Assembly: GCF_006345805.1 (NCBI RefSeq)
Contig: NW_021832430.1
Location: forward strand, 372,001-436,000
Length of the DNA: 64,000 bases
Direction: 5' to 3'
DNA from: Octopus sinensis
Taxonomy: Eukaryota
Shown here: one piece after another, positions 27,081-39,917 of the stretch
Position numbering within the stretch: the stretch's first letter is position 1
How the letters are laid out: each line of letters starts with the position of its first letter
Position numbers and translations under genes: made by a program
Notes under the pieces: model-generated
Seen by the model: the letters and a program-made list of their open reading frames with translations, nothing else
Databases searched by the model: none
Told to the model about the DNA's origin: nothing

Positions 27081-28140
27081 AGTCTCTTTCAGATTGTTAA
27101 ACGCGTTTGAGTTATCCAACTTCACACCGAAGGTGTTCGGGGAATGCCTTGCGTCGGGTGAAAAATCTCTTGTCGCGTGGACAGCGGCTTCACATCCGTT
27201 GAGAACACAAAATTCCAGTTGAACTGGAGATAATTCAGCAAAAATATGGGGACAGGCTCTTTGGGCGGAAATTTTGGGTACGAATCTCCGGAAGATGTTA
27301 CCGACTGCAATAAGGCGAACTCCTCCATCATTTATCGAAAAGCCATAAGATGTAAGCTAAAAAGGAGATCCCTAGCCAAGCCTGGGATCTCAGGATTGAC
27401 GATTCACTTGTTTTTATTTTTTTCTATTTTACACAGGAATTAAAATCACTAATCCAAGCTAAATTCTTCTTAAGAAAATATTTTATCTACACGCCATGCC
27501 TCGCAGAAACTGCCATTCAATACGCAGTGCGGCGTCATTGAGCTCACTCTCAGGTTCTTGACTACTTTCTCAGCTACCTACTATAGCTAGCATCTAACTT
27601 TTGCCCATTGTTTAACCGTTTTATCTACACACCAAATCAAAGAAACTTATTTCTAGAATCTTCCCACAACTAATCATTTAATCAATCGTTTTTACATACA
27701 GGATAATTAATTTAACCAACTTTCGGTCTGTTGATTTAATTTATTTTTTCTCTCTAAGGAAAAGCGTACTAAACTTCGTTAAGCATGCAATTCTGGGCCT
27801 ACCTTTTAACAGGTTTGATTTTATCAAAAACTTTAGCAACTATTAATGACTTGTGAAAAAAGTCTAATAAAAATTCAAATGACCTATTAAGGTTACAAAC
27901 CACTTATATTATAGCATGTTTAAATTGGTTGGCTCTTGAATATCGGCTAAGCGAGAGTAGTACTTAATATATCGTCGTAATCGTAAATAGCCCTAGCGCA
28001 AGATGTAAACGACATGGTGACATCTCGCTCAGGCCGGCCACTTTCACTTAATATATAGTTTTAATTATTTATTGCTATCTCAGGATCACCGGGCTATAAG
28101 GTAAAAAAAGAGAAAATGTTGTTATTTATACAGTTATTTA

Positions 28141-31100
28141 TTAGTATATAAATTTCTGAAATAAGATTAAGGTATAACCGAACCTTAATTCTTTTGCTCT
28201 ATATATATAATCGCGACATTTCTGAATCTCGGCTCCCAACAACTGCAAATCAGTGCTTTCAGGTATTTCTATCTTTGGTTCCTTAAATTTGATTACATAA
28301 ACGCAAACAATCGGGTCATTGTATTCATCCTTTAATAATCTATGCAACGTTTTCCTAATAAATGTATAATTCATGTTTATGTGATAGTTGCCTTGTGTTT
28401 TCCAAGTCAAATGAGTCAGAGGTAGAGTTCCATAACTTGACATTACTTTTTTGAATAACCTTTGCTTATAATTCCGATAAAAGGATATCACGTGTATTTT
28501 GATGCAATTTTCCGTCAAAATTTGACTCAAATAGTCACTCTCCTCGATAGAGGTCTTGTCAGTGATCAAATATATTGCCTCGACGTTCGGAATAGCCATA
28601 CAATCCTGATTATTTAGAAAATTATATATTTACTGCCAAATTTCGTTCAATGTTTGTATTTCCCAACGCATTAAGAGAAGAGCACCACAAACTGGCATCT
28701 TGGCAGTTTTCCTGGCTAAATTCCATAAGTTCTTTTCTCCATTTTCTGTTGTTATCAGCAAAGGCGACAAAAGTATATCGCCCACCTTCCCGTTGCTTTA
28801 ACTGCTTCCAAATAAGAGCTTCCAAAGATTGTCTTAAAGCCTTCATTTCTGTCACCATGGACCCAGATGTGTCAATTAAAAAAACTGCATTTTTTTCAGC
28901 AATCGTACCAAAAACTTCCCGGCTGTCTAGTATGTCAATTATTTAGATACAAGACCATTCAGTATCCATAACATTCGTTTGATGTACCGTCTTAAAAAAG
29001 CGACAACTATCAGAATATAATTGTCTAATTCATTGGCAAGTAAGTTAAAATGTTGAAGATTTCCTTTGACTGTGATCACCGGGGAATACTCGCAATGTCT
29101 GAATATTAGAGAAAGACAGTTCTGACCTTGATTCGACCATCTTTTTAGTGATTTCGACTAAGTCGATTTTGTGTCTGTTCCCGGTTGTAATAAGAAGGTC
29201 TTCAAAGTTCAAACCACACTTTTGTAGGGAATACTTGGAGAGCCACTAAATAAAGAATTAAAGTAATGTTGCACTTGTGCAGAAGTCGTTGAAATTTCTA
29301 ACTTCGGTATTTTTTCTGTAAGTTTTTTAAATTTATATTTAAGAACATTTATAATCGAGTTTGAATCTATATTAGGTATACAAAAAAGTCACTTTTTGAA
29401 CTTTTTAAACTTGAGCTGCCTTTTTTATTCCGAAAATAAATATTATCAACTAAAATATTAATAAATAATGCTAAACTTTTTTTCACAATTTGTACTGAAG
29501 AATCAACATTTTTTATTTTTGAATATTCTGAATTTTTAGAATTTAAATTTCTTTTAATTTCACTTAATTGCTTAGTTTCTCATTATAAACCCAAACTAAC
29601 CTTTCTGGCCGCCGACGTGACTGTGTGCTGAAATTTCACTTCTTGTGGCATGACGAGTTTTGCAGCCTTGACCATTTTAGTCTCATCTTCAAGCTATTCA
29701 TATTTTTTACTTAAACTAACTTTTGGATACTTTAACTTGACTTGTTCTGCTAACCAAGAACACTTCGAGGAATATTCAACCGCCTTTTCTATTTCCTTTG
29801 TGACCATTATTATGTCGTCACTTTCAATAACTCCTTTCTTAGTTCATTTCAAAAACAACCTTTTTCTCCAAACCAATGGAATCTTCCACATGTACAGTGT
29901 GCAAGATCTCGATAGATGTCGGCCGTTTCGTCAATTCCTGCGTATCGACTTGGAGTCGGTCCCTTCTCCTGATTTTGGTCAATTGTGTATAATGAGGCAT
30001 GCAAGACTATTCGCCCATTAATGCAAATTTCTTCGAAAAACGCCTTGATTACTTCCACCGGCTGATTTGGTACTCCACTGCCCAGAAAATATATTCCTGA
30101 TTGATAACTCTCAATATAATAACCAAGATTCGATTCTAATTTGTCCATATTTTCTGAAATATGTCTCAGGGCGGGCAACAAATTCCTACTTCCGCTGCAT
30201 TCTAGTTGTAGAACCCATCTAAATATGATTTTCATCAGTAATACCTCCAGGCTATTTGCAAATTTTTGTGAGTTACTTTTACCATATTTTGAGAAAAAGC
30301 TTGTACCGAAGACCCGAACCTATTATTTAAATATATATTTAGTCAATAATATTAACAAATTAATTTAATATTTACCCAATAATGTTAAAAAATTTTCTCC
30401 CTAGCAACTGTTCTTCCAAAACTAGTCTAAGGGAATGTTGTATGTGCACCAAATAATTATAGTTCATCATAGACAAGTCAACCAAAAAAACAACACTTAA
30501 ATATTTAATAATAATGCTACTTTTTTTCAATAATAGTTCCAAATAACTTGTAGCTCGATTGAAGCATCGTCTCCAATTTTTTTCTGTAAGTTTCCACAAC
30601 ACAGGCGAGCTTTTTTTGATATTCAAACAATTCTGGTAGGTCTACATGAATATTTCTGATCGTCCCATTCCACCAAGGCAGCTGAATCATAGCTTTCTAA
30701 AAATACAAACGTGCCCTCACGTATCACTTACTTCGTGTACTTGCGAGTAAACTTTTTTGGATATCGATGTCACAAATTCTTCAGCGTATTTGTATGAGTT
30801 GTGCTGTAGTATCTGATAAATATCAAGTCTTTTGGCTGTCAGAAATAAACAAGAATAAGTCAACTTTTAAGATTATTTTCTGCCAACCATTGGCTAATGG
30901 TGGGCGCAATTTTAGCCAACTCCTTAAAGTTAAGAGATGATTCATGCTGAGGCGGACATGGCATAAACTTGGTCAATTTTATTTTTTTAACTTTATTGGA
31001 AATCTAGAGGGCTAAGGTAATTGAATTTACATTATTTAAGATTGTAGTAAAACTTTTTTCAAAAATTTCATTTTTTAATTTGTCTATTTCTGAAATGAAA

Positions 31101-32150
31101 TTTTGTCCTTTTTTGATTTCCGAAAGTATAAGTTGAATCTCTGTGCTATGTTCGTGTATATTCTGGCAATATGAATCGTTCATTTCAACCTGGTCCTCAG
31201 AAGAAAAGCAGTGAAAGCTTGCATTTGTGACCTTGGCTAATTCCTCGACAGATTTCTGACAAAATCTGATATCACGTTTGATACCAAAAGTGACATATCT
31301 GATGAATTGAAAACAATGAAATTAATTCGTAGGTCTTTCCCAACAGTTACTTGCTCGATGTACTGTTTTAGAAAGTCAAATGATTGGTCAGGCCTAACAG
31401 TTTGAAAAGATCAATACCTGCTTCCAACTACAACGTAGATACCATCTAATCCAGAAATGTTAATGACACTCCTGAGGGCCTTTAGAAGATTAAATCCCCC
31501 AGATGGTTGTAAATTTGATATCCATAATCTGACAGTATCAATTCTAAAAAAACTTAATAAAAATTAATTCAAACACGTGACAGTTTACAGATTTTGGTAT
31601 TTTCCATAAATTTTCGATTTCGGTACCTGCAGAAGATAAAAATAACTGTTTTTTGTCAACAAACTGTTCGTCTGCCAAATACTAAGAGTTATGTTTGAAA
31701 AACTAACCATTATAGCACTTTTTAATTCGTTCAGACGCACCATTCCACAACTCGAATCTGAAATGTCAATTACAACTCCAATTCGGCTTCCTCTCAAGAA
31801 TCCAAAAAACTAAAAAAATGTTTTTAAAATAGACTTTTTGACTTCCATTTAAAAGAAGTTTGATTCGCTGGGCATATATTTGAAGTTGACTAAATATGCA
31901 TGTTTTTTTACCAAAATATTTTATATTCAAATTCGGCAATTTCTGTTGAATCTAAAAATAATTTTTGGTCAAATGATCCCGTCGATTCGTTGAGAAATGG
32001 CCTATTTTTATAAAAAACGAATTACTTTGACACCTTGCTTTTACAAATCAAGTCTTCGTGTGTCAAATTTAGACTTTCGAGTCCATTCACTGCCAGCCAT
32101 TCTTTAGAAGACATCCTGTCATTGATTATCATTGATTTGTTCTTAATTAC
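28141..32150 (-). CDS. VWA3A: von Willebrand factor A domain-containing protein 3A, multi-intron; start approximate
   Basis: SSKEWLAVNGL, GSRIGVVIDIS, HIQHSLRLVLEEQL, CSGSRNLLPALR..RYA..GRFHWFGEKG, VFGTIAEKNAVFLIDTSGSM..LIWKQL, DLQLLGAEIQKCR all follow the recalled VWA3A order. Confidence 0.9.
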
Positions 32151-32773
32151 ATTTAATGATAATTCTATACAATATGAAAATCATTTTTCAGAGAAATTCC
32201 CCCTATTCCAGATTCAATTTTATTGGGAAGAGGATCCAGCAGTTCATTCATTTATTGGCCGTAGCTTTCGAGCTAAAATACTGGAAATGGTTGCCAAGTA
32301 ATAATATATTTTTGATTATCAAAAATGATTTATTAATAAAAGTCAGGTCAATCTTCTATCTCAAAAACCAATAATGCCTTTTTCTGAAAATTAATTCAAG
32401 ATAATTTTACACAGTCAGTAACAAAGATGTTTTAAGCATAATTTGTTTCTCGTGTTGTTATGAAAACAGTGTATTCAAAGCGAAACTTGCGCTTAAGTAA
32501 TGATTGAAACCCTGAAATAGGTGGAATTAATTTCCGAATATCCTTACCAATATTATTGAACTCTGTAGGTCAAGGTGGCATACACACGATCAAACCAGGT
32601 CCTTGTAAATTAATTACTACTATTCTATCAATTTATGATCGCTCTTAATAAAATACAAGTAGTATCAACCTTTCTGAGTTTAACACCCGTATCTATATAT
32701 CTATATTGACGGATCTTTAGCCGACAGGACTGGAACTTTTACAAACAATACGACAAATTAAAATATTTTCAAA

Positions 32774-33070
32774 ATGTTCAAAAAGTCCACATCCGCCCCT
32801 GGATCAATCGTCACAACTGCTGAATGCAGAAAGATGCGGAAGTATTCTTCACTTGTGGAGAAATACAAATTCCTTCCATTCGCAGTTGAGACGTCGGGTT
32901 CCTTGGGTGGAAAAACAATTAGCTTCGTCCAGGAGATCGGGTCTCGGATGTCGACACTCACAGGGGACGCCTGCGAATCGAAATGGTTTTTTGAGCGGAT
33001 ATCCCTCGCGATAGTACGCTCGAACTCTTCGCGTTAGCCTCTCTCTCAGTAAAGAATCAGCCTTTTTAAT
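32774..33070 (+). mobile_element. CRE-clade RLE 3' fragment
   Basis: AECRKMRKY..YKFLPFAVETSG..FERISLAIVRSN. Confidence 0.8.
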
Positions 33071-33333
33071 TATTAAATTAATTGATTAACATTCAGAAAG
33101 TTCACCAGTGAGACATAATTTACTCGGAGTATTAGGATAATATTTTTTATGAAGTATAACGCAATTTTTTTATAAAACAAAAGAACCTATTAAAACCTAT
33201 TGAAAATTCGAGCTCACTGATTACACCAAAAAGTAAATTTTATAAAAAATGTGAAATTTGAATTAAAAAAGAAATAAATCATCTTCATACGTCTCACTCT
33301 CTGATTGTATACCTTCTTCGGTAGTCATCGTTG

Positions 33334-34063
33334 TTAGTTTGTATCTTTTCTTGGTATTTTGTAAATTCTTTTCATTAAAATAGGTGTATTAAGAGTTACC
33401 GAATCAGTGCTATCTGCGTTGTTCCGACTATTTCTTCTCTTACCCCCATCTCGCTGAGCATTGCTTTTTCTTTGGTCATTAGATTCCACTTTATTTATTC
33501 TTTCCGCTGTCGAAACAGTCCTTAAGGGTTCTAGAGCAGGCTTGGTTCCTTCAGGCATATTTAAACTTGGTATCATGCACCTCACTGGCTGGGTGGACTC
33601 CAAAAGCTTTAAATTAAAATATAAAGAAAACTTCGAGAAAACTAATGACTGATGGCGGAAATCCGTTATCAGAAATATTTTCGAGTAAATAGAATAATGT
33701 TTGGTATGATTTGTTTAGAAATTCACTGATCTTCGTAAAATGGAGAACCCAATTGCGAAATAGGAGATCATCGCAATCAAAACAAACATTAAAATTTCCA
33801 CAAGCCATAACACTGTGAATTTGGAGTTTATCAGACGTTCCTGATTGGTATTCTGTTCGCATATAAGAATTTTTGTGTAAGCCAAAATATTCATTATTGA
33901 TAATTTGGGAGTGTTCAGGAAAGGAGATCATAAATTCAAGTTCTGTAGCTTTATCTTGAAAAAACTTGGAAAAGAATTGTCCAATATTTCTTCTTTGTAC
34001 CACTATCAGATTGAGCATATTCAAGAATACCGAAGGTCCTGTCTTTGTTTCGAAAGTTGCCAA
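33334..34063 (-). CDS. Hypothetical protein (two ORFs probably joined by an intron)
   Basis: 149-aa and 89-aa same-strand ORFs separated by a GT..AG segment. No family recognised. Confidence 0.5.
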
Positions 34064-34910
34064 TTAGTCTAATAGAAGCTGAATCGTTAAAAAATGCTTT
34101 GGCAAAGTCTTCCCAGTAGAAATGAATATCTAGCTATTGATTATTTTAGTATAAACATCATGAATAAATATATTGTAAAATATAAAAGTTGTAATACATT
34201 ATTTTGAAAGAATTTATATTGATAGTTTTTGAGAATATTGTTAATTTGTAACATTTTTCTAGTCAATTTGTTTTCAATATCAATAATTCGAGCCTTGTCC
34301 TGGCCCGTCTTAACAAATTAGGTTGTATTTTTATATACGTAATTATTTGTGTCCACTGGTTGTGTCTGGTCGGAATTGTGTTTGCTATGAGATATGTGTG
34401 GTTGCAAGTTTGGATTAATCTGGAATTCTTCATTCGGATCAAAGTTCATTCTATAGATCAAAGTAAGATTAAGACCAATATATATTACTTAGCAAATATA
34501 TTCAGTCAGTAGTGCTATAATACTTTAACTGGAAACGAAACGAAATATTGACGACCGTCGACATCGCCTGTGTCGCCTTTTTATTTAGAAATATTTCGTG
34601 ACTATTGATTATTTATTCCCACGTGATTGTGGGGTTATTTTACAATTTTTAATCTTTGAAAATGAAAAAATATCTCACTTTGAACTTATCCTTGTTATAA
34701 ATAATCAGTAAACTTTTCCTAACAACTTCTGGATTGTTTTTATCTCGAGCAAATTTTTAATAATGAATATTTCTTCAAATCTTTTCTAACCTATGTGTTT
34801 AAGCTATTATTAGAAAAGTCAATATAATCCACCTGACAAATATAGGACAAATATTTTGATTTCTTTGATTTTTCCTTTGATAAAAACGATTTTATTTGTG
34901 AAGGAATGAA

Positions 34911-35318
34911 TTGATTGACTTTTCACAAAAAATGCCTATCGAGATTATTTGCCAAAACCAAGATAATTTTTGTAGTTCACTTCTACGGGTAAATATCCTT
35001 TTACCAAAATATATGATCAACGGCGTAGTGAGATCTTCTAGACGTCTAAGGTTTCGAATGCAACCGGATCACACTTTGCAGCGCACCAGAGGATTCAGAA
35101 GGCATATTCAGGACAAAAAACGTACGGTGCATGTTGCATCCCACGCGAATGAATTTCCTTCGTGGAATGAGAATAGACCGACTCGTTCAAAGATTGAAGG
35201 GAAAGAAGTGCCCTGGACTGCTCAAAACGTGAAATCGTTAAGCGTCGTTCAGCCCTATGTCTGGAAAAGCGGCCGGGACTGTGTCGGCAAGAAGGAAAAT
35301 TCGCCCGTTCACGCCTAA
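34911..35318 (+). CDS. Hypothetical protein
   Basis: 135-aa ORF in a locally GC-richer stretch; no motif recognised. Confidence 0.25.
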   Translation: MIDFSQKMPIEIICQNQDNFCSSLLRVNILLPKYMINGVVRSSRRLRFRMQPDHTLQRTRGFRRHIQDKKRTVHVASHANEFPSWNENRPTRSKIEGKEVPWTAQNVKSLSVVQPYVWKSGRDCVGKKENSPVHA

Positions 35319-35748
35319 TGTGCTCCCGTAGAAATATCCATGCAATGTGCGTGTTTTAATCCGAGCCGGATGGCGACACCAGTTTGGAGAGAGCTGTTCT
35401 CGAAAAGAGTCCCAAGGATACCGTTGGAAATGAGTAAGACACTACCGTTTTGATGTGGAGCGGAGAGGAAGCAGGCCACACGGTTCTGGTTAAGCGCGGT
35501 TTTTAATCTCTTGAAAATTCATTGGATTCATCATGTAGTGCTTTGGTTTCATGGCTTTTGAAAGTTTTGAATTTCATTAATCTAATCCAGTAATTTATTT
35601 AAATGTAAATCTCGATTTTTTTTAACTTTTCACCTTTGAAAAAAACTAGATTTCTGATAAGTTATCAGTGATAACTTATTTTTCTAACTTTGAGGTGCTC
35701 ATGTATCCTGTTGCTTGGTACTTTTTGGTTTTTTTATAATCTTTAGAG

Positions 35749-36400
35749 CTGGGGTTCCCAACATGAGTTCCGCGAATTAATTTTAGGGTTCCGCAAAATT
35801 TCTTATAATGTTTATGGAGTTGTATCAAGGATAAAGCAAATGATTCCAAATTGTACTAGTAGTCATTAAAACTTAATTTTAAATAAATTTTAGTATGTCA
35901 TAAATCATGACAAAGCTTGTGCCGGACTGGAAACAATAAGAATTATTAGTTTATCCTATATCCCTCTATTGTGGGCAACGTTTCGTAATACATTAAGATT
36001 TTCTCCGTCCTTTAATTTTTTCCACACTCCGGAGAAAAAATTAATAAAGCAATTGGATTCAAAGATATAAATGTCAACGATTTATTTGATGAATTTGTGA
36101 ATGTTAAATTGTTCTGGTCAACAAAAAATAAGGAATGGAAAACTAACCAGGATAATTAAAGAATTAAATTGGATGCATGCTTGTAAATATTTTAATGAAA
36201 AGACTATTCAAATTCCAAATTTTATTAAAATAATCGAATATGTATTTTGCCCACTTGGCTCTACTGCTCCTGTAGAAAGAATATTTTGAATTATGAATGT
36301 CACTTGGTCAAAAGCAAGAGGTCGAATGAAAAAAGAAATCTTCAAATCATTATTGAATTGTAAATTGAACATTGAGATGCCGTGCATTGATTTTATTGAA
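35749..36400 (+). mobile_element. hAT transposon remnant (left TIR plus dimerisation domain)
   Basis: ctggggttcccaac terminus; STAPVERIF*IMNVTWSKARGRM. Confidence 0.65.
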
Positions 36401-36404
36401 ATAA

Positions 36405-38075
36405 TGACGCAGTGCTTGAAGAGCCTGGTGTACAGTGCCTGACAAAAAAAATGGATTTGTAATAAATCGACTTTTTTTTAAATAAATTTTTTTTTGAATG
36501 CCAATTGTTTTATTTTATTAAGATGGCTTTGTTAACTTTTCTTAATAAAATTTAAAATAAATTATAATTTAATTTTCTTACATCATTCTTGGTAAAATTA
36601 GAATTATTTTTTTAATTTTAAAATTGTTTTTGGCTTTTAGAATTTAATTTTAAAGCAGAATTTAAAATTTGCCGGACAAAAAAATTGGATTTTTGTTGTT
36701 TTTGATCTGTTCTCGTATAAATGAAGCGTAATTCAAAAATTCATTTATCTGATTTTACAAAAGGAGTAATAATTGGATATTACTCTTCAGGAAAAACAAT
36801 TGAAGAGATATCCAAAATACTGAAAATTTCCAGATCGACCGTGGGATTTGTGACAAGAAAATTTTCCAAAGAAGGCAGCACTACGCGAAAAATTGGATCT
36901 AGACGTTTACCAAAACTCTCTTTAGATCAAAAAAACAATACAATTAATCTCGAGGGATGAACCCTCAATTTCTGCTGTGTCTCTTTCTGAGATAACAAAA
37001 ACTCAATTTAATGTGGACGTATCTCCCAGAACAATTGGTCGTATACCAAATTCATTTGGATTACATGCCCGAGTTGCAAAACACAAACCTCTTTTGACAT
37101 CAAAAAACATCGAATCCAGATGGTTAATTGCGAAAAAGTTTTTAGCCATATCTGACGAAGAATGGAAGAAAGTCATCTTCTCCGATGAGTCATGTTTTGA
37201 GGTCTATAACAGCAAAACAAGAAAAATTGTTTATCGTGAAAACGGTACTGCCTATGAAAAGTCCAATATTGTACCTACTGTTAAGTATGGTGGAGGAAAG
37301 TTAATGGTTTGAGGATGTTTCTCATATGAAGGCGTCGGTAATCTTGTTATTATAAATGGAAAAATGAACAGTGCTTATTATTTAAACATTTTGTCGAATA
37401 ATCTGCAGCAATCAGCTCTAAAAATGGGGTTAAACTCATTTATTTTTCAACAAGATAATGCTCCATGCCACGATTCTCGAGTAGTTAAAGAATTTATATG
37501 CGATAGAAAATATAAAATTCTTGATTGGCCGTCTCAATCACCTGACCTTAATCCAATTGAGCATGTTTGGGTAATGATGAAGAGAAAATTATTGCAAAAA
37601 CCGCCGAAAAACTTGAAAGATTTGGAGACAAAATTAGTTGTGATATGGGAGTCAATACCGAAAAAATACCTAGAAAATTTAGTTATGTCAATGAAAAAAA
37701 GAAGTTTGGAAGTTTATGAAGCAATTTTAATTTGTTTCATCAAAATAAAAAAATCCAATTTTTTTTGTCCGGCAAATTTTAAATTCTGCTTTAAAATTAA
37801 ATTCTAAAAGCCAATAATAATTTTAAAAATTAAAAAAAATTCTAATTTTGCCAAGAATGATTTAAGAAAATTAAATTATAATTTATTTAAAAAAAGTCGA
37901 TTTATTACAAATCTAATTTCTTTTGTCAAGCACTGTATTCCCTGGTTCGAATCCCTCTGCTATCACCCCGGCTGAAGGTTTAATGCGTCCAATATGCACC
38001 TGGATTGACGAGTGACGCCGTCATCAGTGTTATCACGGCGGAACAGGATGTCTTAATCGGCCGCACAACAAAAAT
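36405..38075 (+). mobile_element. tRNA-derived SINE-like element (~170 nt) split by the Tc1 insertion
   Basis: A-box-like TGACGCAGTGC at 36405 and perfect B box GGTTCGAATCC at 37944-37954 become adjacent when the Tc1 is removed; ends in caacaaaaa. Confidence 0.5.
36433..37935 (+). mobile_element. Tc1-family (DD34E) DNA transposon, full length and inactivated
   Basis: TA TSD; CAGTG...CACTG ends; TIRs over 200 bp; transposase 36721-~37740 with IFSDES, QQDNAPCH and SPDLNPIE (34 residues from D to E); frameshift near 36960 and TGG>TGA at 37310. Confidence 0.95.
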
Positions 38076-38169
38076 GGGGAGACAAAATGGAGCAGAAGAA
38101 ACACATGACTTTGTTTGGATTAGTTAGTTCCTTGGTAACATGTTCTCTTTCTATGAAAAAAAAGTGTGG

Positions 38170-38668
38170 CCGGCATGAGCGAAATGAGTGACATGTCAAC
38201 ATGTTTACATTTACAGAAGGGCTATTTACGATTTTTACTAGTCAAAAATTTCTAGACAAAGTTCATTCAGTTCAAAAATATAATCGAATTTCTTGGTTAA
38301 TTTTGACTAAAGATATTTTCTTGTTTTATTGTAAAAAATTTTTTTGTCCCGGAAAGTCATTTCATTCTTGTTGTGAGTTTTCAAGTTGTTCCAGAATTGA
38401 CTCACAACTCTTTAAAATAGCGTTAAATTTCCTCCTGCAAATGTTCAATTTAAACAGAAATGAAAATTTATCGGCAATTCATTGGCATTATAAGTTGTTG
38501 TCATCTTTAGATAATTTTTTCGTTAAATAAATTTAACAAATGCTAAAATTTCATTTTTGTTAAATGAATATTCTACTGTATTTTGCTACAGAACTCAGCA
38601 AATTGGAAGTTAGTATGGACATACTCATGTTGCAAAAAGATTCTCGGGGCCGCACTTGAGAACCCCTG
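38170..38668 (-). mobile_element. hAT (GTF2IRD2/SPIN-like) deleted element
   Basis: Terminus caggggttctcaa on the minus strand at 38668; decayed transposase-like translation inside. Confidence 0.55.
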
Positions 38669-38882
38669 ATCTACAACTAGCACGATTGGGAAATTTTAAA
38701 CTTTCCTGACTTTTCGTAAACAAATTTTCATTTATTAATTGGCAGATTTTTTATTGAAGGATCCACGTTTCAATTCATAATGTAACAATCCAAGATCCAC
38801 TTTGCTTTTGGTAAGACCAAATTTATAGTTCTTTATCTGCTTAAAAAAAATAATAGGATGGCAATTTTTTTAAACTTTAAGG

Positions 38883-39601
38883 CAGCGATTCCCAACTGGG
38901 GTGCCGCGGCACTTTTGGTGCCTCGAGATCTGGTTTTAGGTGCCGCGAGATCTTTAATATTTAAAATTAAAAATTATTTATAGTTGTATAATAATATTTT
39001 AATTCAATTAAAAAAACTTGAAAAATTTTAAAAATTAAAATAGTTAGTTATGAGCAATTTTTTGGTGGTTCACATCCTCAATCTTCGGCGAATAAAAAAA
39101 ACAAAAAAATACGAATTTATTCTGAAAAATATTTGAACTATGGATTTACATGGAATGGAGATTGTGCATTGCCACTACCAAGGTGTATTGTATGCAGTAA
39201 AATTCTTTTAAATGATGGGATGGTCCCGTCTAAGATGAAAAGGCATTTAGCCACTATGCACTTTTCTTTAAGAGATAAGAAATCATCATATTTCAAGAAC
39301 ATGTTAAAATCCTAGGAGACTCAAAGTGCCACATTCGTTAAAACACTTCACGTTTCTCAAAGAGCTTTAGATGACCTCCGCGTATGTTTGTCGCAAATTC
39401 GTCCCCGTCTGGAAATTTTGTGTGCACATAAACAAGCACATTTGTCTCATTAGTTATTATAACTACTTTTGGTAATTTTGCGTTAAGTTTCTTGAATATA
39501 TTAATTATAAAAACATTTCTAATGAATATTGATTTTTTAAGTGCCGGGAGAAAAAAACCTAGTTTTAAGTGCCGCGAGCACAAAAAGGTTGGGAAACGCT
39601 G
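38883..39601 (+). mobile_element. Non-autonomous hAT (Charlie/ZBED5-like), 719 bp
   Basis: Perfect 8-bp TSD CTTTAAGG; TIRs cagcg(a/t)ttcccaac; BED finger remnant YLNYGFT..PRCIVC..MVPSKMKRHL..H. Confidence 0.95.
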
Positions 39602-39917
39602 CTTTAAGGCAAATAGTGTATTAAAACATATTCTGAATGAAAGATAACGAGTATTTATATTGAAAAGTAGAAAAGAAGTAGAGAATGAATATCGAGTAGA
39701 AAGTGAATTTTAAAAAAGCTTACAGGACATAATCCCACTTTAGAGCCATTAGAAAAGTATTGTGTTTGCAGGCTTAGTAGATAATTTGGGACAAAAGGAA
39801 AAATCAATTATAAAAGTTTGACAGTTTTATTTTTTAATAAAAGTTCATTTATGTGTGATATTCGAATTGATAGATAAAGCGCGAATTTTCAAATTTTTGG
39901 TATCGTCGTTGTGGTGC

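Larger units (their letters stand above)
25100..27420 (-). mobile_element. Decayed CRE-clade RT-RLE retrotransposon, interrupted at 25464-26194
   Basis: DGGVRLIAVGNIFRR..GCEAAVHATR..VKLDNSNAFN (27080-27330), WSQ..GGSGLRSA, SGLWLNAMP..LR, RHSAVNNVILRA..EPVALYH | DGKRPDG..LVWD. Confidence 0.8.

Noticed and set aside
35749-38668. One large hAT element spanning both termini
   Set aside because: The 8-bp flanks differ (CTTTAGAG vs ATCTACAA) and the internal remnants are on opposite strands.
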